Shown: positions 8,501 through 20,827 of the stretch, one piece after another
How positions within the stretch are numbered: the first letter of the stretch is position 1
How the letters are laid out: every line of letters starts with the position of its first letter
Made by a program: the position numbers and the translations under genes
Notes under the pieces: generated by a model
What the model saw: the letters and a program-made list of their open reading frames with translations, nothing else
What the model was told of the DNA's origin: nothing
The model's database searches: none
Origin: Rhizobiaceae bacterium
GTDB lineage: Bacteria; Pseudomonadota; Alphaproteobacteria; Rhizobiales; Rhizobiaceae
DNA length: 64,000 bases
Direction of reading: 5' to 3'
Assembly (NCBI GenBank): GCA_041582695.1
Contig: JBFIBB010000001.1
Location: forward strand, 1,716-65,715

Positions 8501-9483
8501 ATTCCGGCGGGAACCGTGTCGAGAATGGCTTCGACGCCGGCGCGAGATTGGGAAAGCTCGCGCTCCATGGCCTTCAGGTCGGAGATATCTTCGGAATTGA
8601 CGATCAGTTGTCCCGACGGACGTCGGTTGACCGACTGACGGACCCAGCGGCCGTCGGCAAGTTCCCATTCCAGAACGCTGGCTGACCCAGGTTGGCTGAA
8701 CTTCGCTTGCAGGAATGCCGCATGTCCATCAAGTCCGCCATTCTCGGCATCCTTGCGAAACGCGTCGGAAACCAGGATCGATTCACGTTCGATTGCCGTT
8801 GCGATCGCCCCCGCGAATGTCTTGCCCGGCTGGAAAAGATCCGTCAGCCCCGAGAGTATTTCATCATGTCTGGCATTGGCATATACGAAGCCGTCACCGC
8901 TGTCGAAGATCGCGATGCCGGTGTTGAGTTCTTCCAGGAACTCCCATCGTTCATCGCTTTGCAGTTCACTATCTGCATGCGAATCTCGTTGCGCTTCACC
9001 TGCTTGCGGAGCCGTTTCGCCGGGCGCGCCGGTTTCGGCACTTGCCGGTTTGGGTTCAGCGGAGATGTTCCGTCCGATGCCACAATAGCCCTTGAAGATG
9101 CCATCGACGAACATCGGCACGCCGCTTATCGACATACGGCTGAATTGGGGGTCGGCGCCGGGAACGTCATACTCGAAGTTCTTGAATGCCCGATATGCGA
9201 GCAGGTCCTCCAGATGGTCTTCGGCACCAGGATCGGATTCGGCGAGATCCTTGACGAAATTGATGTGCGAATTACCGATGAGATCGCTTTCGGCGACGCC
9301 CGTGATCGCCTCGACGTTTTCGGAAAACGAAATGCAGTTGTGCTCCGCATCTGTTGTCCACAGCCAACTGTCGCTGGCGACAACAAGTTTGTTCAGAATT
9401 TCGGTTTCACTCAACCTGGCCGTTTCGGCACCGCCTTCAGCAATTGCTTCAGCGGCGCTCGCGCCCACCTTGTCTGAGTTCAT
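5539..9483 (-). CDS. Cytoplasmic multi-PAS hybrid sensor histidine kinase with two receiver domains
   Basis: H-box [18 protein letters not shown] and ATPase boxes (NLMGNAVKFT, DTGIGI, GTGLGL). Two REC domains (ILIVDDNAVN...ILDYQMPGM and ILVAEDNEVN...[12 protein letters not shown]). Several PAS-like repeats and no obvious TM helix. The start was taken at ATG 9483 (MNSDKVG); the track ORF opens with a TTG at 9621, right after the rppH stop. Confidence 0.9.
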   Translation of the reverse strand: MNSDKVGASAAEAIAEGGAETARLSETEILNKLVVASDSWLWTTDAEHNCISFSENVEAITGVAESDLIGNSHINFVKDLAESDPGAEDHLEDLLAYRAFKNFEYDVPGADPQFSRMSISGVPMFVDGIFKGYCGIGRNISAEPKPASAETGAPGETAPQAGEAQRDSHADSELQSDERWEFLEELNTGIAIFDSGDGFVYANARHDEILSGLTDLFQPGKTFAGAIATAIERESILVSDAFRKDAENGGLDGHAAFLQAKFSQPGSASVLEWELADGRWVRQSVNRRPSGQLIVNSEDISDLKAMERELSQSRAGVEAILDTVPAGILVFDKDDRFVVANRHIREALPEMVPAMEPGKPLRYSLELAHDNGYLRVSGDKEIDELYDRDREAWIERYSDRYHVERRVSERQNPDGSWVQTIDCRNIDGTFVGVRLDITERKAREEEAAAANSRLQNAIDALKDGFVVWDADDRLVVCNDAFKKQVPEEMRVETGRTYRELLTDLANSGAVADIKGREEEWVQDLLDKRDEELGREIVFESHDGRWIMRRDQVTSRGERVGIRADITDVKRSELELQVAREETDRLLADFRTLIDTLELGVVLVNEDLTAEIINTAFYKIWRYRREDVSEGCKFRDLMDINRANGIYTASDAEWEDYVVSRCEEIRQGNVVPREFVRADGVTLLYSVTSLSGGKRLVTYLDISDQKERERALEEAQKKAELADRAKSEFLANMSHEIRTPMNGVLGMAELLAKSELSSKQKTFTDIIVKSGNALLTIINDILDFSKIDAGQLQLDPAPFKLAEAIEDVATLVSTRAKEKDLELIVRVQPGLPENMIGDVGRIRQIITNLMGNAVKFTEKGHVLVEVAGESRGNSTLLRFSVTDTGIGIPEDQLATVFEKFSQVDSSSTRRHEGTGLGLTITSKLVELMGGTVGAQSKLGEGSTFWFEVELENSGTQSNEKAAPIDVTGAKILIVDDNAVNRSILLEQTASWSFDACAAESGEVGLLVLNAAFEKGLQVECIILDYQMPGMTGFDVARIVRNDERLSDTPIVMLTSVDQALSTREYRDLGIDAHLVKPARSSQLLETLVDTIQAHRSRAGKQPAPEARPEDSGTGLNAQAGPMEHDSRKPVDEIVSLQDGTHGQEQPQADPAAKGLVTDESGNWRDERDADAAAPMESAAGERRDLDILVAEDNEVNQIVFTQILDETGYSYEIVGNGRLAVEAFGKRNPAMILMDVSMPEMNGLEATGAIREIEAGSDRRTPIVGVTAHALKGDRERCIDAGMDDYLSKPISPDALQGKIAKWLEKAKTAEKMTG

Positions 9484-9622
9484 CTGATTGATCCCGCAAA
9501 ATATTGGTCGCCGCACGAAGCCCCCCGCGTACGGCGTCTGATCGATAAAAATATCCGCGAAGTTTTGACGTTTGATTAACCGGGAATTCGCGAAATTCGA
9601 AAGAGCGATAGAGGGTGCCAAG

Positions 9623-10147
9623 CTATTGCGGATCTTCCAGATGGGAAAATACCGCCACGACCTGTTCGTAGGCCTTGCGTTTGAAAGGCACGATCAGCAA
9701 AGGCAATTCACGCATTGGCTTCCAGGCCCAATCATCGAACTCAGGCTTGTGGCCGCCTGGCGGGGAGTGAATTGTGATCTCCGCCTCATCGCCTTCGAAG
9801 CGGAAAGCAAACCAGCGTTGCTTTTGCCCCCTGTACTTTCCCTTCAGGGCAATGCCGATCAGGTGGTCCGGCAGGTCGTAGGTTATCCAGTCCGGCGCTT
9901 CTGCAATGAACGATACCGAGCGCATTCCTGTTTCTTCGTATAGCTCGCGCCTGGCTGCTTCCAGCGGGTCTTCGCCCTTGTCAATTCCGCCCTGTGGCAT
10001 CTGCCATGGCTGAGCCGGTCCGTCGGACTCGGAGTTGTCTTCCGCGAGCCGCCTTCCGATCCAAACAAGACCGTCGCTGTTGAGGACCATGACGCCGACG
10101 CAGGGTCGGTAGGGAAGTTGATCGGGATCGATGCGCTTTTTCGCCAT
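9623..10147 (-). CDS. rppH: RNA pyrophosphohydrolase RppH (NudH)
   Basis: Internal ATG at 10147 ([23 protein letters not shown]). Nudix box [22 protein letters not shown]. Confidence 0.9.
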   Translation of the reverse strand: MAKKRIDPDQLPYRPCVGVMVLNSDGLVWIGRRLAEDNSESDGPAQPWQMPQGGIDKGEDPLEAARRELYEETGMRSVSFIAEAPDWITYDLPDHLIGIALKGKYRGQKQRWFAFRFEGDEAEITIHSPPGGHKPEFDDWAWKPMRELPLLIVPFKRKAYEQVVAVFSHLEDPQ

Positions 10148-10166
10148 CACTCGATCGGGTCCCCGG

Positions 10167-11348
10167 CTATTTACGTTCCGGATCATCGGCCAGAGCAGAT
10201 ACCGGGACAATCTCGATTCCGCGCTTCTTGGCTTCATTGATCCAGGAGACGACCGCTTCGACCGTGACATCGAATGCCGACCCCGTACCCAGCGCGTATC
10301 CCTTGGCGCGCGCGATTCGCTCCAGCTCGTCAAGTTTCTTGAGGATTTCGCCGCGGTTTTTCGTGCTGTCGATAACCGCATCGCCACTCGCCAGCGGTAC
10401 CCCTTTCGCCGGCGCCAGTTCGGGAGCGAGCGACCGGGCAGATGTGCCGTCGTCAAGAAATAGCAATCCGCGTTTGCCGATTTCCACCATTACCGACTCC
10501 ATGGCCGGGCGATCCGAGACAAACCGTGCGCCCATGTAGTTCATGATACCGGTGTAATTTGTCGTCCGGCCCAGAACCCAGCGAAGATTGGCGATGTTCT
10601 TCTCGTCTCCGGCATCGACGGTCAGTGTATTGCGCCCGGGATTGACTTGCGGATAGTCGAATGGCTCCAGCGGGACCTGCATCAGTATTTCGTGGCCACC
10701 TTGGCGAGCAGCAGTCATCCATCGGCCGATACTGTTCCCGTGCGGGGCGAATCCCAGCGTCACTTCGCCCGGCAGCCTCTCGATTGCTGATTGCGTGCCG
10801 GTTTGTGACAGGCCGAGTCCACCGATCACGATAGCAACCCGCGCGCCGCGCGCGCCGGACCAGGGCCGCGCATAAACGTCGAACGGCCGCCTGCCGTCAT
10901 CGGCGCGTCGCGGCAACGGACCGAAGTCCGATTCCTCGATCAGGTCGCGATCGGGAAGATGCGCCGTGCGCAAGTTCTGCCCTATCGTGGACGGATCGCG
11001 GATAATGATCACGTTGTCGGACGGTTCGGGTTCCGGATTGACCATGATGATGGACGGGCTGGGCTCATCGGCCGGACTTTCCGGCACCGCGACGTCGACC
11101 GTTTCGCCAGCCTCTTCCTGCTCGTCAATTTCGTTGTCGGGCACGACGGTCACTTCCGCTGGCACCGGTTCCGGTTTGCGCAATCCCTCATCGCGCAGCG
11201 AAACGAATGCAGCGCCGCCGGCGACAAGAAACATGGCCAGAGTGCCAACAAGCGCTCGTGAACTGACACGCCAGCGCCTGCCCGAAGACCTGCCGGTTTT
11301 CAGATTCTGCCCAAGCGGCTGTTCGATTTTCTTGTCCAGCGGCGACAA
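10167..11348 (-). CDS. Divergent polysaccharide deacetylase family protein (YibQ-like)
   Basis: N-terminal TM anchor, then [34 protein letters not shown]...[12 protein letters not shown], typical of the YibQ family. Apparent TTG start with GGGA upstream. Confidence 0.8.
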   Translation of the reverse strand: MSPLDKKIEQPLGQNLKTGRSSGRRWRVSSRALVGTLAMFLVAGGAAFVSLRDEGLRKPEPVPAEVTVVPDNEIDEQEEAGETVDVAVPESPADEPSPSIIMVNPEPEPSDNVIIIRDPSTIGQNLRTAHLPDRDLIEESDFGPLPRRADDGRRPFDVYARPWSGARGARVAIVIGGLGLSQTGTQSAIERLPGEVTLGFAPHGNSIGRWMTAARQGGHEILMQVPLEPFDYPQVNPGRNTLTVDAGDEKNIANLRWVLGRTTNYTGIMNYMGARFVSDRPAMESVMVEIGKRGLLFLDDGTSARSLAPELAPAKGVPLASGDAVIDSTKNRGEILKKLDELERIARAKGYALGTGSAFDVTVEAVVSWINEAKKRGIEIVPVSALADDPERK

Positions 11349-11431
11349 CCCGGTCCCATTTCGGTTGGCGACGGCCGGACCAACAATGGCCCGGCCGATC
11401 TCTAAGTCGTTCTACGCGCTACCGGTTATTC

Positions 11432-12757
11432 TCACTGGTTCAGGACGGACTTGTTCGGGTCCGGCGGAAATGCCGGATCCTGGCGTTCGCCCCTTAGCAG
11501 CTCCAACGCGAAAGTCAGCTGCTTGTCGTCTTTCGGATCCGGCGGAACATAGGCTGACGAGCCCGAACCCTCTTCATCCTCTTCTGCGCCCTTGATATGG
11601 CCGCGCAGGGAGGATTCGCCGCGGGACAGGTCGCGACCCCGCAATTCCTCCGGAAGCGGTTGGGCGACTTCGATGTCGGGAGTAATACCCTTGCCCTGGA
11701 TCGACTTGCCGGCCGGCGTGTAATACAGCGCGGTGGTCAGTCGCAAAGCGCCGTTTTCGGCCAGCGGAATGATGGTCTGAACCGAACCCTTTCCGAATGA
11801 ACGGCTGCCGACGATTGTCGCACGGCGCTGGTCCTGCAACGCTCCGGCAACGATTTCGGATGCGCTCGCCGAACCCCCATTGACCAGAACGATCAACGGC
11901 TTGCCGTTAATCAAGTCGCCAGATCGGGAATCGAAGCGCGTGACGTCGCTCGGATCGCGTCCGCGTGTGGATACGATCTCGCCGTGATCGAGGAATGTGT
12001 CGGAAACGCTGATCGCCTGATCGAGCAGACCACCAGGATTGAGGCGCAGGTCAAGCACGTAACCCCTCAATCTGTCTTCGGGAATTTCCTTCGAAATCTT
12101 TTCGATCGCCGCTTCCAGATCATCCTGCGTTTTTTCGGTAAAGGAAGTGATCTTCATGTAGCCGACATCGTTTTCGACGCGGTATTTGACCGCCTTTACC
12201 TTTATGATGTCGCGGATAATCGTGATCTTGATCGGCTTGTCGGCGCCTTCACGCAAAATGGTAAGATCGATGGGTGTGTTGACCAGGCCCCGCATCTTGT
12301 CGACTGCTTCGCTGAGCGTCATGCCCCTGACTTCAACGCCGTCGATTTCGGAAATGAGATCGCCAGCCAGAACGCCCGCGCGCGCCGCCGGGGTATCGTC
12401 GATCGGCGTGATGATCTTGACCAGTTCGTTCTCCATGGTCACTTCGATGCCAAGTCCCCCGAACTCGCCCTTGGTTTGCACGCGCATGTCCTGTGCGGCT
12501 TCGGGATTGAGATAGGAGGAATGCGGATCGAGTGACGTCAGCATGCCGTTGATCGCGCTTTCGATCAGTTCGCTTTCCGACGGTGGCGTTACATACTGCG
12601 CCCGCACCCGTTCGAAGATATCGCCGAAGATCGCCAGTTGCCGGTAGGTTTCCGACCCGGCTGCATTCGCTTCGTACCCGGGCGCGGCGTTTATCAGGCT
12701 GAAGGCCGATGCGCCCATGAGCGCGCCTGCGGCAAGAAGCGAAACCTTACGAATCAT
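11432..12757 (-). CDS. ctpA: Carboxy-terminal processing protease (S41 family)
   Basis: 441 aa with signal peptide, a PDZ segment (GGLGIEV...AGDLISEIDG) and an S41 catalytic region (NGGSASASEIVAGALQD...GKGSVQ). Confidence 0.9.
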   Translation of the reverse strand: MIRKVSLLAAGALMGASAFSLINAAPGYEANAAGSETYRQLAIFGDIFERVRAQYVTPPSESELIESAINGMLTSLDPHSSYLNPEAAQDMRVQTKGEFGGLGIEVTMENELVKIITPIDDTPAARAGVLAGDLISEIDGVEVRGMTLSEAVDKMRGLVNTPIDLTILREGADKPIKITIIRDIIKVKAVKYRVENDVGYMKITSFTEKTQDDLEAAIEKISKEIPEDRLRGYVLDLRLNPGGLLDQAISVSDTFLDHGEIVSTRGRDPSDVTRFDSRSGDLINGKPLIVLVNGGSASASEIVAGALQDQRRATIVGSRSFGKGSVQTIIPLAENGALRLTTALYYTPAGKSIQGKGITPDIEVAQPLPEELRGRDLSRGESSLRGHIKGAEEDEEGSGSSAYVPPDPKDDKQLTFALELLRGERQDPAFPPDPNKSVLNQ

Positions 12758-14108
12758 TTCCAGTCCTTCCAGTTCGTCTTTCGGCCCACCATGGGGCGGG
12801 GTTAACCGGTTTTCCGTCTTTTCGGAACTCTATATATAGTTCCGGATTGGCATTCTCAGCATTTTGCATGACCGCGCTGGCCAGGCGAACCTCACCCATC
12901 GCTCCAACCGGTTCGCCGGCAAGAACCGATTGGCCAAGCGCCGTGTTGATTCGGTCCATTCCGGCCATCACGACATGATACCCATCGCCCGCATCCAGGA
13001 TCAATACTTGTCCATAGGAACGGAACGGTCCCGAGTATAGCACGATCGCGTCAACCGGTGCGGTAACAATAGCTCCCGATTGTGTTTGAACGGTGTCGCC
13101 TGTCCGCAGGCCGCCCACGCCGTCAGTGGCGCCGAAGTGCGCAACGATGCTACCGGCAGCAGGCAGGGCAAGCTTGCCCTTAAGTCTGCCGAACGGTTCG
13201 CCGCTGCCAAGTCTGTTCTCGCGCGGCACAGGGCGATTCGCCAGCTCCGCTTCGCGCTTCCGGCGCTCCTCCTCCGCGCGGCGGGCCTCCTCCTGCGCTC
13301 GGCGGATACTGCCGATTTCGGATTCGAGCGAGGCGATCAGGTCCTGAAGGTCTTCGGCTTTTCCGACCAGTTCTTCGGCCTTGCGCCTCTCGGCTTCGAT
13401 CTCCGCTTCCGACTGCGCCTGAACCTGCTTGCGTTCGGCGAGCAACCGCCCGAGCCGTTTCTTCTCGGCGACCTGCTCGCTGATTCGGTCGACCAGGCGT
13501 TTGCGCTCTTCGGATATCGACGCCGTAATTCTTGCGAGCGATTTCAGGTCGGCGGCCAGAATTTCGGTCTCCGCGCGCATTTCGGGCACGACCGCGCCCA
13601 GAAGGATGGCGCTTCTGACCGAAGCCAGCGCATCCTCCGGCTTGACCAGCAATGCCGGCGGGGGATTCAGGCCCATGCGTTGCAGCGCTGCCAGTACCTC
13701 GGCCAGTATGCCGCGGCGCAGGTTCAGCGAAGTCCGTATGTCGAAATCGCGCGATCTAAGCGTGTCGAGCCGCGCCTCGATATCCTCGATATCCTCGGAA
13801 ATCTTCTTTTCGGTTTTCGCGGCCTGGATGAGCGCCGCGGTCAGGCTGGCGTTGTCCTTTCGAATGGCGGCGATCTCGTCTTCCATGGCTTTCAGCTTTT
13901 CGTCGGAAAGGCTGATTCGCTGCCTGATTTCCTCATATTCACGGCGGTTCTCGGCGTTGCGCGCTTCCAGGTCCGCCGGCGATTCCGCCGGCGATTGGGC
14001 AGACGCCGGGATCGCGGCAAGCGCAACGCAGGCCGAGCAGCAAATCGCCGCCAGCACTTGTGCCAGACCGTTTTTGACTACCCTGGTGTCCAAGTCGATC
14101 CGCTTCAT
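12747..14108 (-). CDS. Murein hydrolase activator / M23 (LytM) peptidase, EnvC-like
   Basis: Signal peptide, a long coiled coil and a C-terminal LytM domain (...GYHVVMAGMDRINTALGQSVLAGEPVG...LYIEFRKDGKPVNP). Overlaps the ctpA start by 11 nt. Confidence 0.85.
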   Translation of the reverse strand: MKRIDLDTRVVKNGLAQVLAAICCSACVALAAIPASAQSPAESPADLEARNAENRREYEEIRQRISLSDEKLKAMEDEIAAIRKDNASLTAALIQAAKTEKKISEDIEDIEARLDTLRSRDFDIRTSLNLRRGILAEVLAALQRMGLNPPPALLVKPEDALASVRSAILLGAVVPEMRAETEILAADLKSLARITASISEERKRLVDRISEQVAEKKRLGRLLAERKQVQAQSEAEIEAERRKAEELVGKAEDLQDLIASLESEIGSIRRAQEEARRAEEERRKREAELANRPVPRENRLGSGEPFGRLKGKLALPAAGSIVAHFGATDGVGGLRTGDTVQTQSGAIVTAPVDAIVLYSGPFRSYGQVLILDAGDGYHVVMAGMDRINTALGQSVLAGEPVGAMGEVRLASAVMQNAENANPELYIEFRKDGKPVNPAPWWAERRTGRTGNDS

Positions 14109-14287
14109 GTCGTTGCGTCTGTGTGCAAGCCCGGGATTCTGATCCTAAGGGCATGGCGTAAAGGATACGCTAACCAAATGCCAAGGACGTAGATACGCCT
14201 CTCCCATCGCTTTGTTACCCTGTTTGCCGGCCAATATGTCAAAATCCCGGCGACAGACGACCCGTCTGCAGGGTATCCAGTCGCCGG

Positions 14288-14770
14288 TCAGGCGCGATGG
14301 TAGGGGTGGCCCGACAGAATCGTCGCCGACCTGTAGAGCTGTTCGGCCAGCATGATTCGCGCAAGCTGATGCGGCCAGGTAAGCTTGCCGAACGACAGCA
14401 CCAGTTTCGCCTTGGCCTTCAGTTCCGGATCGTGGCCGTCCGGTCCGCCGATGGCGAACACGCAATCGCGAACGCCGCTATCGCGTATGCCGCCGATCCC
14501 AGCGGCTAATGTTTGCGAATCGAGATTTTTTCCCGTCTCGTCCAGCACGACGAGCGTTGCGCCGCGCTCGAGCATCGAATGCAGCTTTGCCGCTTCCTCG
14601 CGGCGTCGGCTTTGAATGTCCCGATGGCGGCTTTCAGGCGTCTCCAGCAGGCCCGCAAACTCCAGGCCGAGGGATGGTCCTGCCTTGGCAAAGCGATCCA
14701 AGTAGCGGTCGCAAAGATCGGCTTCCGGGCCGCGTTTCAATCGCCCGACCGCGTGAATGGTTATACGCAC
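14288..14770 (-). CDS. rlmH: 23S rRNA (pseudouridine1915-N3)-methyltransferase RlmH
   Basis: 160 aa SPOUT protein. MRITIHAVGRLKRGPE...FAIGGPDGH...LSFGKLTWPHQLARIMLAEQLYRSATILSGHPYHR. GTG start. Confidence 0.9.
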   Translation of the reverse strand: MRITIHAVGRLKRGPEADLCDRYLDRFAKAGPSLGLEFAGLLETPESRHRDIQSRRREEAAKLHSMLERGATLVVLDETGKNLDSQTLAAGIGGIRDSGVRDCVFAIGGPDGHDPELKAKAKLVLSFGKLTWPHQLARIMLAEQLYRSATILSGHPYHRA

Positions 14771-14790
14771 CTTGTTCCGGCCGTTGCAGC

Positions 14791-15258
14791 CTAGTGCACG
14801 GTCTGCTCGTCAAGATCGGGCGCCAGCCACATCTTCTCGATGTTGTAGAACTCGCGGACTTCCGGCCGGAAAACATGCACGATTATGTCGCCGGCGTCGA
14901 TCAGCACCCAGTCGGCGCTTTGCAGCCCTTCGACTCGTGCTGTTCCCATACCGGCGTCCTTCAGCGCCCTCAGCAGGTGATCCGCCACTGCGGACACATG
15001 CCGGTGCGACCGCCCGGAAGCGACCACCATGTAGTCACCGAGGCTGGATTTGCCCTGAATGTCGATCGGAACGATGTTTTCGGCCTTCGAGTCTTCGAGA
15101 CTGGCAAGGACCATGTTGAGTGCCGCAGATGAGTCGTGTTGAACGCTCATTTCGGCCGGTGAAGGATCAAGGGATTCCTTCCGCGTATTTGCTGTTCTCA
15201 GAACTTTTCCTTTCCTGGCAAGAACAACGGGTTCACCCGGATACCGCTCCGGGCGCAC
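14791..15258 (-). CDS. rsfS: Ribosome silencing factor RsfS
   Basis: LEDSKAENIVPIDIQGKSSLGDYMVVASGRSHRHVSAVADHL...HVFRPEVREFYNIEKMW. I prefer the GTG at 15258 because the N-terminal KGK..R segment resembles rhizobial homologues as I remember them. ATG 15150 is the alternative. Confidence 0.85.
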   Translation of the reverse strand: MRPERYPGEPVVLARKGKVLRTANTRKESLDPSPAEMSVQHDSSAALNMVLASLEDSKAENIVPIDIQGKSSLGDYMVVASGRSHRHVSAVADHLLRALKDAGMGTARVEGLQSADWVLIDAGDIIVHVFRPEVREFYNIEKMWLAPDLDEQTVH

Positions 15259-15305
15259 TACAGGATATGCAGGAAAATCTTAAGGATTCAAGACAATCCG
15301 TAAAA

Positions 15306-15986
15306 CTATCTGAAAGAACCATCGCCTTCTTTGCCTCGCGCGGCCCGGTTTTCCGCCTCGTCCGGCAGGGTGGAATGTGCCGCTGTCGCCTGGGACTTTC
15401 CGGTTTCAGCGCCAATCCTGAGCGCCGTTGAAGACAGCGAGGAACGTGGGCCGTGGATGAACGTCCAGGCGGGCGCTTGCCGGTGCGCAAGCAGGGCCGC
15501 ATCCTCCTCGTCCAGCCGGGCATGTTCATACGATTTGGCCATGATCGAGGAAAGAAAGGAAAGCGTCGAACCCGGCCTGTCAATTACGGCGATCGGAATT
15601 CGGTCGGCAATCCAGCGCCAGCGCTGCCATTTGTGGAAATTTTTCAGATTGTCGGCACCCATCACCCAGACGAAATTGACGCCCGGATTGCGGCTGGTGA
15701 CCAGTTTGACCGTATCCGCGGAGTAACGGACATTGTGGGAGGCCTCGAAAGCCGTCACGCGAATGCGCGGATCGTCGGCGATCCGTTCCGATTGCTCCAG
15801 CCGTCGCGCGAGCGGTTCGAGCTGCCCGCCGTCCTTGAGCGGATTTCCAGGCGTGACCATCCACCAGAGCTGATCGAGCTTCAGCCGCCTGAGCGCAATT
15901 TCGGCGACCAGCCGGTGTCCCGCATGAGGTGGGTTGAAAGAGCCCCCGAATAGCCCGACAGAAAGCCCGCGGGCAGCGTGCGGCAT
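15306..15986 (-). CDS. nadD: Nicotinate-nucleotide adenylyltransferase NadD
   Basis: GLFGGSFNPPHAGHRLVAEIA...MVTPGNPLK motif set. I chose ATG 15986 (MPHAARG) so the gene does not overlap proA. Confidence 0.85.
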   Translation of the reverse strand: MPHAARGLSVGLFGGSFNPPHAGHRLVAEIALRRLKLDQLWWMVTPGNPLKDGGQLEPLARRLEQSERIADDPRIRVTAFEASHNVRYSADTVKLVTSRNPGVNFVWVMGADNLKNFHKWQRWRWIADRIPIAVIDRPGSTLSFLSSIMAKSYEHARLDEEDAALLAHRQAPAWTFIHGPRSSLSSTALRIGAETGKSQATAAHSTLPDEAENRAARGKEGDGSFR

Positions 15987-16033
15987 GCGCAGAAACGCGG
16001 CGCCGACTGCCTTTGGCTGTGACGACGCCGGAT

Positions 16034-17320
16034 TCAAGGCCGGGTCTGGCCCGTTCCGCGCACGCAATATTTGAACGAGGTCAGTTGCTCGACGCCAACC
16101 GGCCCGCGTGCGTGCATCTTGCCGGTCGCAATCCCGATTTCCGCGCCCATGCCGAACTCGCCGCCATCTGCGAATTGCGTCGAGGCATTGTGCAGAAGGA
16201 TCGCCGAATCGATTTCCCGGAAAAAGCGGTCGGCGACTTTCCTGTCCCGGGCGATCACGGCTTCCGTGTGTCCAGATGAGTACCGCTTGATGTGCTCGAT
16301 CGCGCCGTCAACGCCATCGACGACAGCCACTGACACGATTGCGTCCAGATATTCCGTCGACCAGTCGGTTTCCGTCGCGGGATTTGCGGGGGGAAACCCA
16401 CGTTTCACATCTTCGTCGCCCCGAATTTCGCAACCGGCGTTGGCAAGTGCCTGCAGCACGCGGTTCATGTGCGTGCCGATTGCCTGCCGGTCGATCAGGA
16501 TCGTCTCCGCCGCCCCGCATATGCCGGTGCGGCGCATTTTGGAATTGACGGCGATCTCGATCGCCATCTGCAGGTCCGCCGACTGATCGATATAGACGTG
16601 GCAGACGCCTTCCAGATGCGCGAAGACCGGAACGCGCGCTTCTTTTTGCACGCGTTCGACCAGCCCCCTGCCACCGCGCGGCACGATCACGTCGATTGCC
16701 CCGTTGAGCCCTTTCAACATCTCGCCCACAGCCTGGCGGTCGGTCACCGGAACCAGCTGGATTGCCGCTGCCGGGAGACCTGTCGATTCAAGCCCGTTGA
16801 TCAGGCAGCGATGGATGGCGCGAGATGAATGGAAAGAATCGGAACCGCCTCGCAATATTACCGCATTGCCGGATTTCAGGCACAGCGCCGCCGCGTCGGC
16901 TGTCACGTTTGGCCGGCTCTCGTAGATGACGCCGAGAACGCCGAGCGGTGTCCGCACACGTTCGATTTTCAACCCGTTCGGCCGTTCCCATGCGGCGATC
17001 ACGTCGCCCACGGGATCGTCGAGGTCGGCAATCGCGCGAATGCCTTCGGCCATTGCCTGGATCCGCTCCTCGGTGAGCGTCAGCCGGTCGATGAAAGCGG
17101 CGGAGATATTGGCATTTCCCGCCGCCTCGAGATCCTTGCGGTTGGCCTCAATGATGGTTTCGGCCTCGTGCTCGATGACCATCGCCATTCCGGCCAGCGC
17201 ATTGTCCTTCATTGTCGTGGATGTAGTCGCGATCTGTCGTGCCGCAACCCGCGCCTTTGCGCCGATCTCTGCCATCAGACCGGCGATATCGGTACTGTTC
17301 CCGGCGGTTTTTTCGAGCAT
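16034..17320 (-). CDS. proA: Gamma-glutamyl phosphate reductase ProA
   Basis: 428 aa aldehyde-dehydrogenase-type protein with a ProA-typical sequence throughout ([29 protein letters not shown]...[10 protein letters not shown]). Confidence 0.95.
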   Translation of the reverse strand: MLEKTAGNSTDIAGLMAEIGAKARVAARQIATTSTTMKDNALAGMAMVIEHEAETIIEANRKDLEAAGNANISAAFIDRLTLTEERIQAMAEGIRAIADLDDPVGDVIAAWERPNGLKIERVRTPLGVLGVIYESRPNVTADAAALCLKSGNAVILRGGSDSFHSSRAIHRCLINGLESTGLPAAAIQLVPVTDRQAVGEMLKGLNGAIDVIVPRGGRGLVERVQKEARVPVFAHLEGVCHVYIDQSADLQMAIEIAVNSKMRRTGICGAAETILIDRQAIGTHMNRVLQALANAGCEIRGDEDVKRGFPPANPATETDWSTEYLDAIVSVAVVDGVDGAIEHIKRYSSGHTEAVIARDRKVADRFFREIDSAILLHNASTQFADGGEFGMGAEIGIATGKMHARGPVGVEQLTSFKYCVRGTGQTRP

Positions 17321-17323
17321 GGT

Positions 17324-19806
<2,483 letters not shown>

Positions 19807-20352
19807 TCAGGCGGCAACATCGTAGACCACCCCCGTCGAGCCGGTGAAACCGGTCGCTATCAGCTTCGTGTGAAGGCTGGGCGCCATCGCCGCGCGCGCG
19901 GCAGAGTACTGCTCGCCGCCGCCAGTCACCCTGAAGCCGAGGTGTTGCTGCAGCTTCAGCGAAGCCGGGTTGTCGGCAAAAACCGTCGAGGTGACTTCCG
20001 CGTCCGGCCACAACTCGAAGACATGGCCGAGTACAGCGCCGACGGCCTCTTTCATGTAGCCCTTGCCCCACCAGGCTTCGCCTAGCCAGTATCCAAGCCG
20101 TGGCGCCATCGGTCCGCCTTCCACTCCAACAGCGCCAATCAGCCGTTCGCGGTGGATTGTGAAGAAGAGATTGCCTTTGCCGGCGGCTTGGCAACGCGCG
20201 ATCCATTCTTCGGCGTCCTTGCGATCGTACGGGAACGGCGCCCGCGCCAGCATCCGGCTTACGTTCCAGTTAGCGAGGTGCAGCGCGATGTCGTCCGCAT
20301 CGACCTCCAGCGGAGACCTCAGCGTCAACCTCTTTGTGACCAGAACTTCCAT
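19807..20352 (-). CDS. GNAT family N-acetyltransferase (RimJ/RimL-like)
   Basis: ATG 20352 gives MEVLVTKRLTLRSPLEVDADDI...LGYWLGEAWWGKGYMKEAVGAVL...NPASLKLQQHLGF, a typical GNAT fold sequence. Confidence 0.8.
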   Translation of the reverse strand: MEVLVTKRLTLRSPLEVDADDIALHLANWNVSRMLARAPFPYDRKDAEEWIARCQAAGKGNLFFTIHRERLIGAVGVEGGPMAPRLGYWLGEAWWGKGYMKEAVGAVLGHVFELWPDAEVTSTVFADNPASLKLQQHLGFRVTGGGEQYSAARAAMAPSLHTKLIATGFTGSTGVVYDVAA

Positions 20353-20480
20353 GACAACCTCCAACAGCAGAAAGAAAAGGGGAGATGGCGGCCCATCTCC
20401 CCTTCGATTCTTCTGCCATTTTTGGCTTTCAAACTTCCGGGCCCGAGATGGGACGCCGGTGTTTGAAATCGCGGAACCGG

Positions 20481-20750
20481 CTACTCCGCTGCCTCCATGA
20501 TCGGGTTTACCGACACATAGGTGCGGCCATTGGCTTTTTTCTGGAACGCCACGGAACCATCCGAAAGCGCAAAAAGCGTGTGGTCCTTGCCCATGCCGAC
20601 ATTCGTGCCCGGATGCCACTTGGTTCCGCGCTGACGAATGATGATGTTGCCGGCGATCACCTTCTCGCCGCCGAATTTCTTCACGCCAAGGCGCTTGGAT
20701 TCCGAATCGCGGCCATTGCGCGACGAACCGCCAGCTTTCTTGTGTGCCAT
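20481..20750 (-). CDS. rpmA: 50S ribosomal protein L27
   Basis: [28 protein letters not shown]..., 89 aa. Confidence 0.95.
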   Translation of the reverse strand: MAHKKAGGSSRNGRDSESKRLGVKKFGGEKVIAGNIIIRQRGTKWHPGTNVGMGKDHTLFALSDGSVAFQKKANGRTYVSVNPIMEAAE

Positions 20751-20827
20751 CTCAATTCTCCTTCGCGTCGATTGTTCGACGCTTTCGTGACCTTATGCGC
20801 ACAAACGCGCCTTAATTCAAGCTCTGC

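Noticed and set aside
13080-14192. ORFs of 370 aa and 237 aa on the plus strand.
   Set aside because: They are antisense to the EnvC-like M23 gene. The repetitive R/L/S composition mirrors the coiled-coil coding strand.
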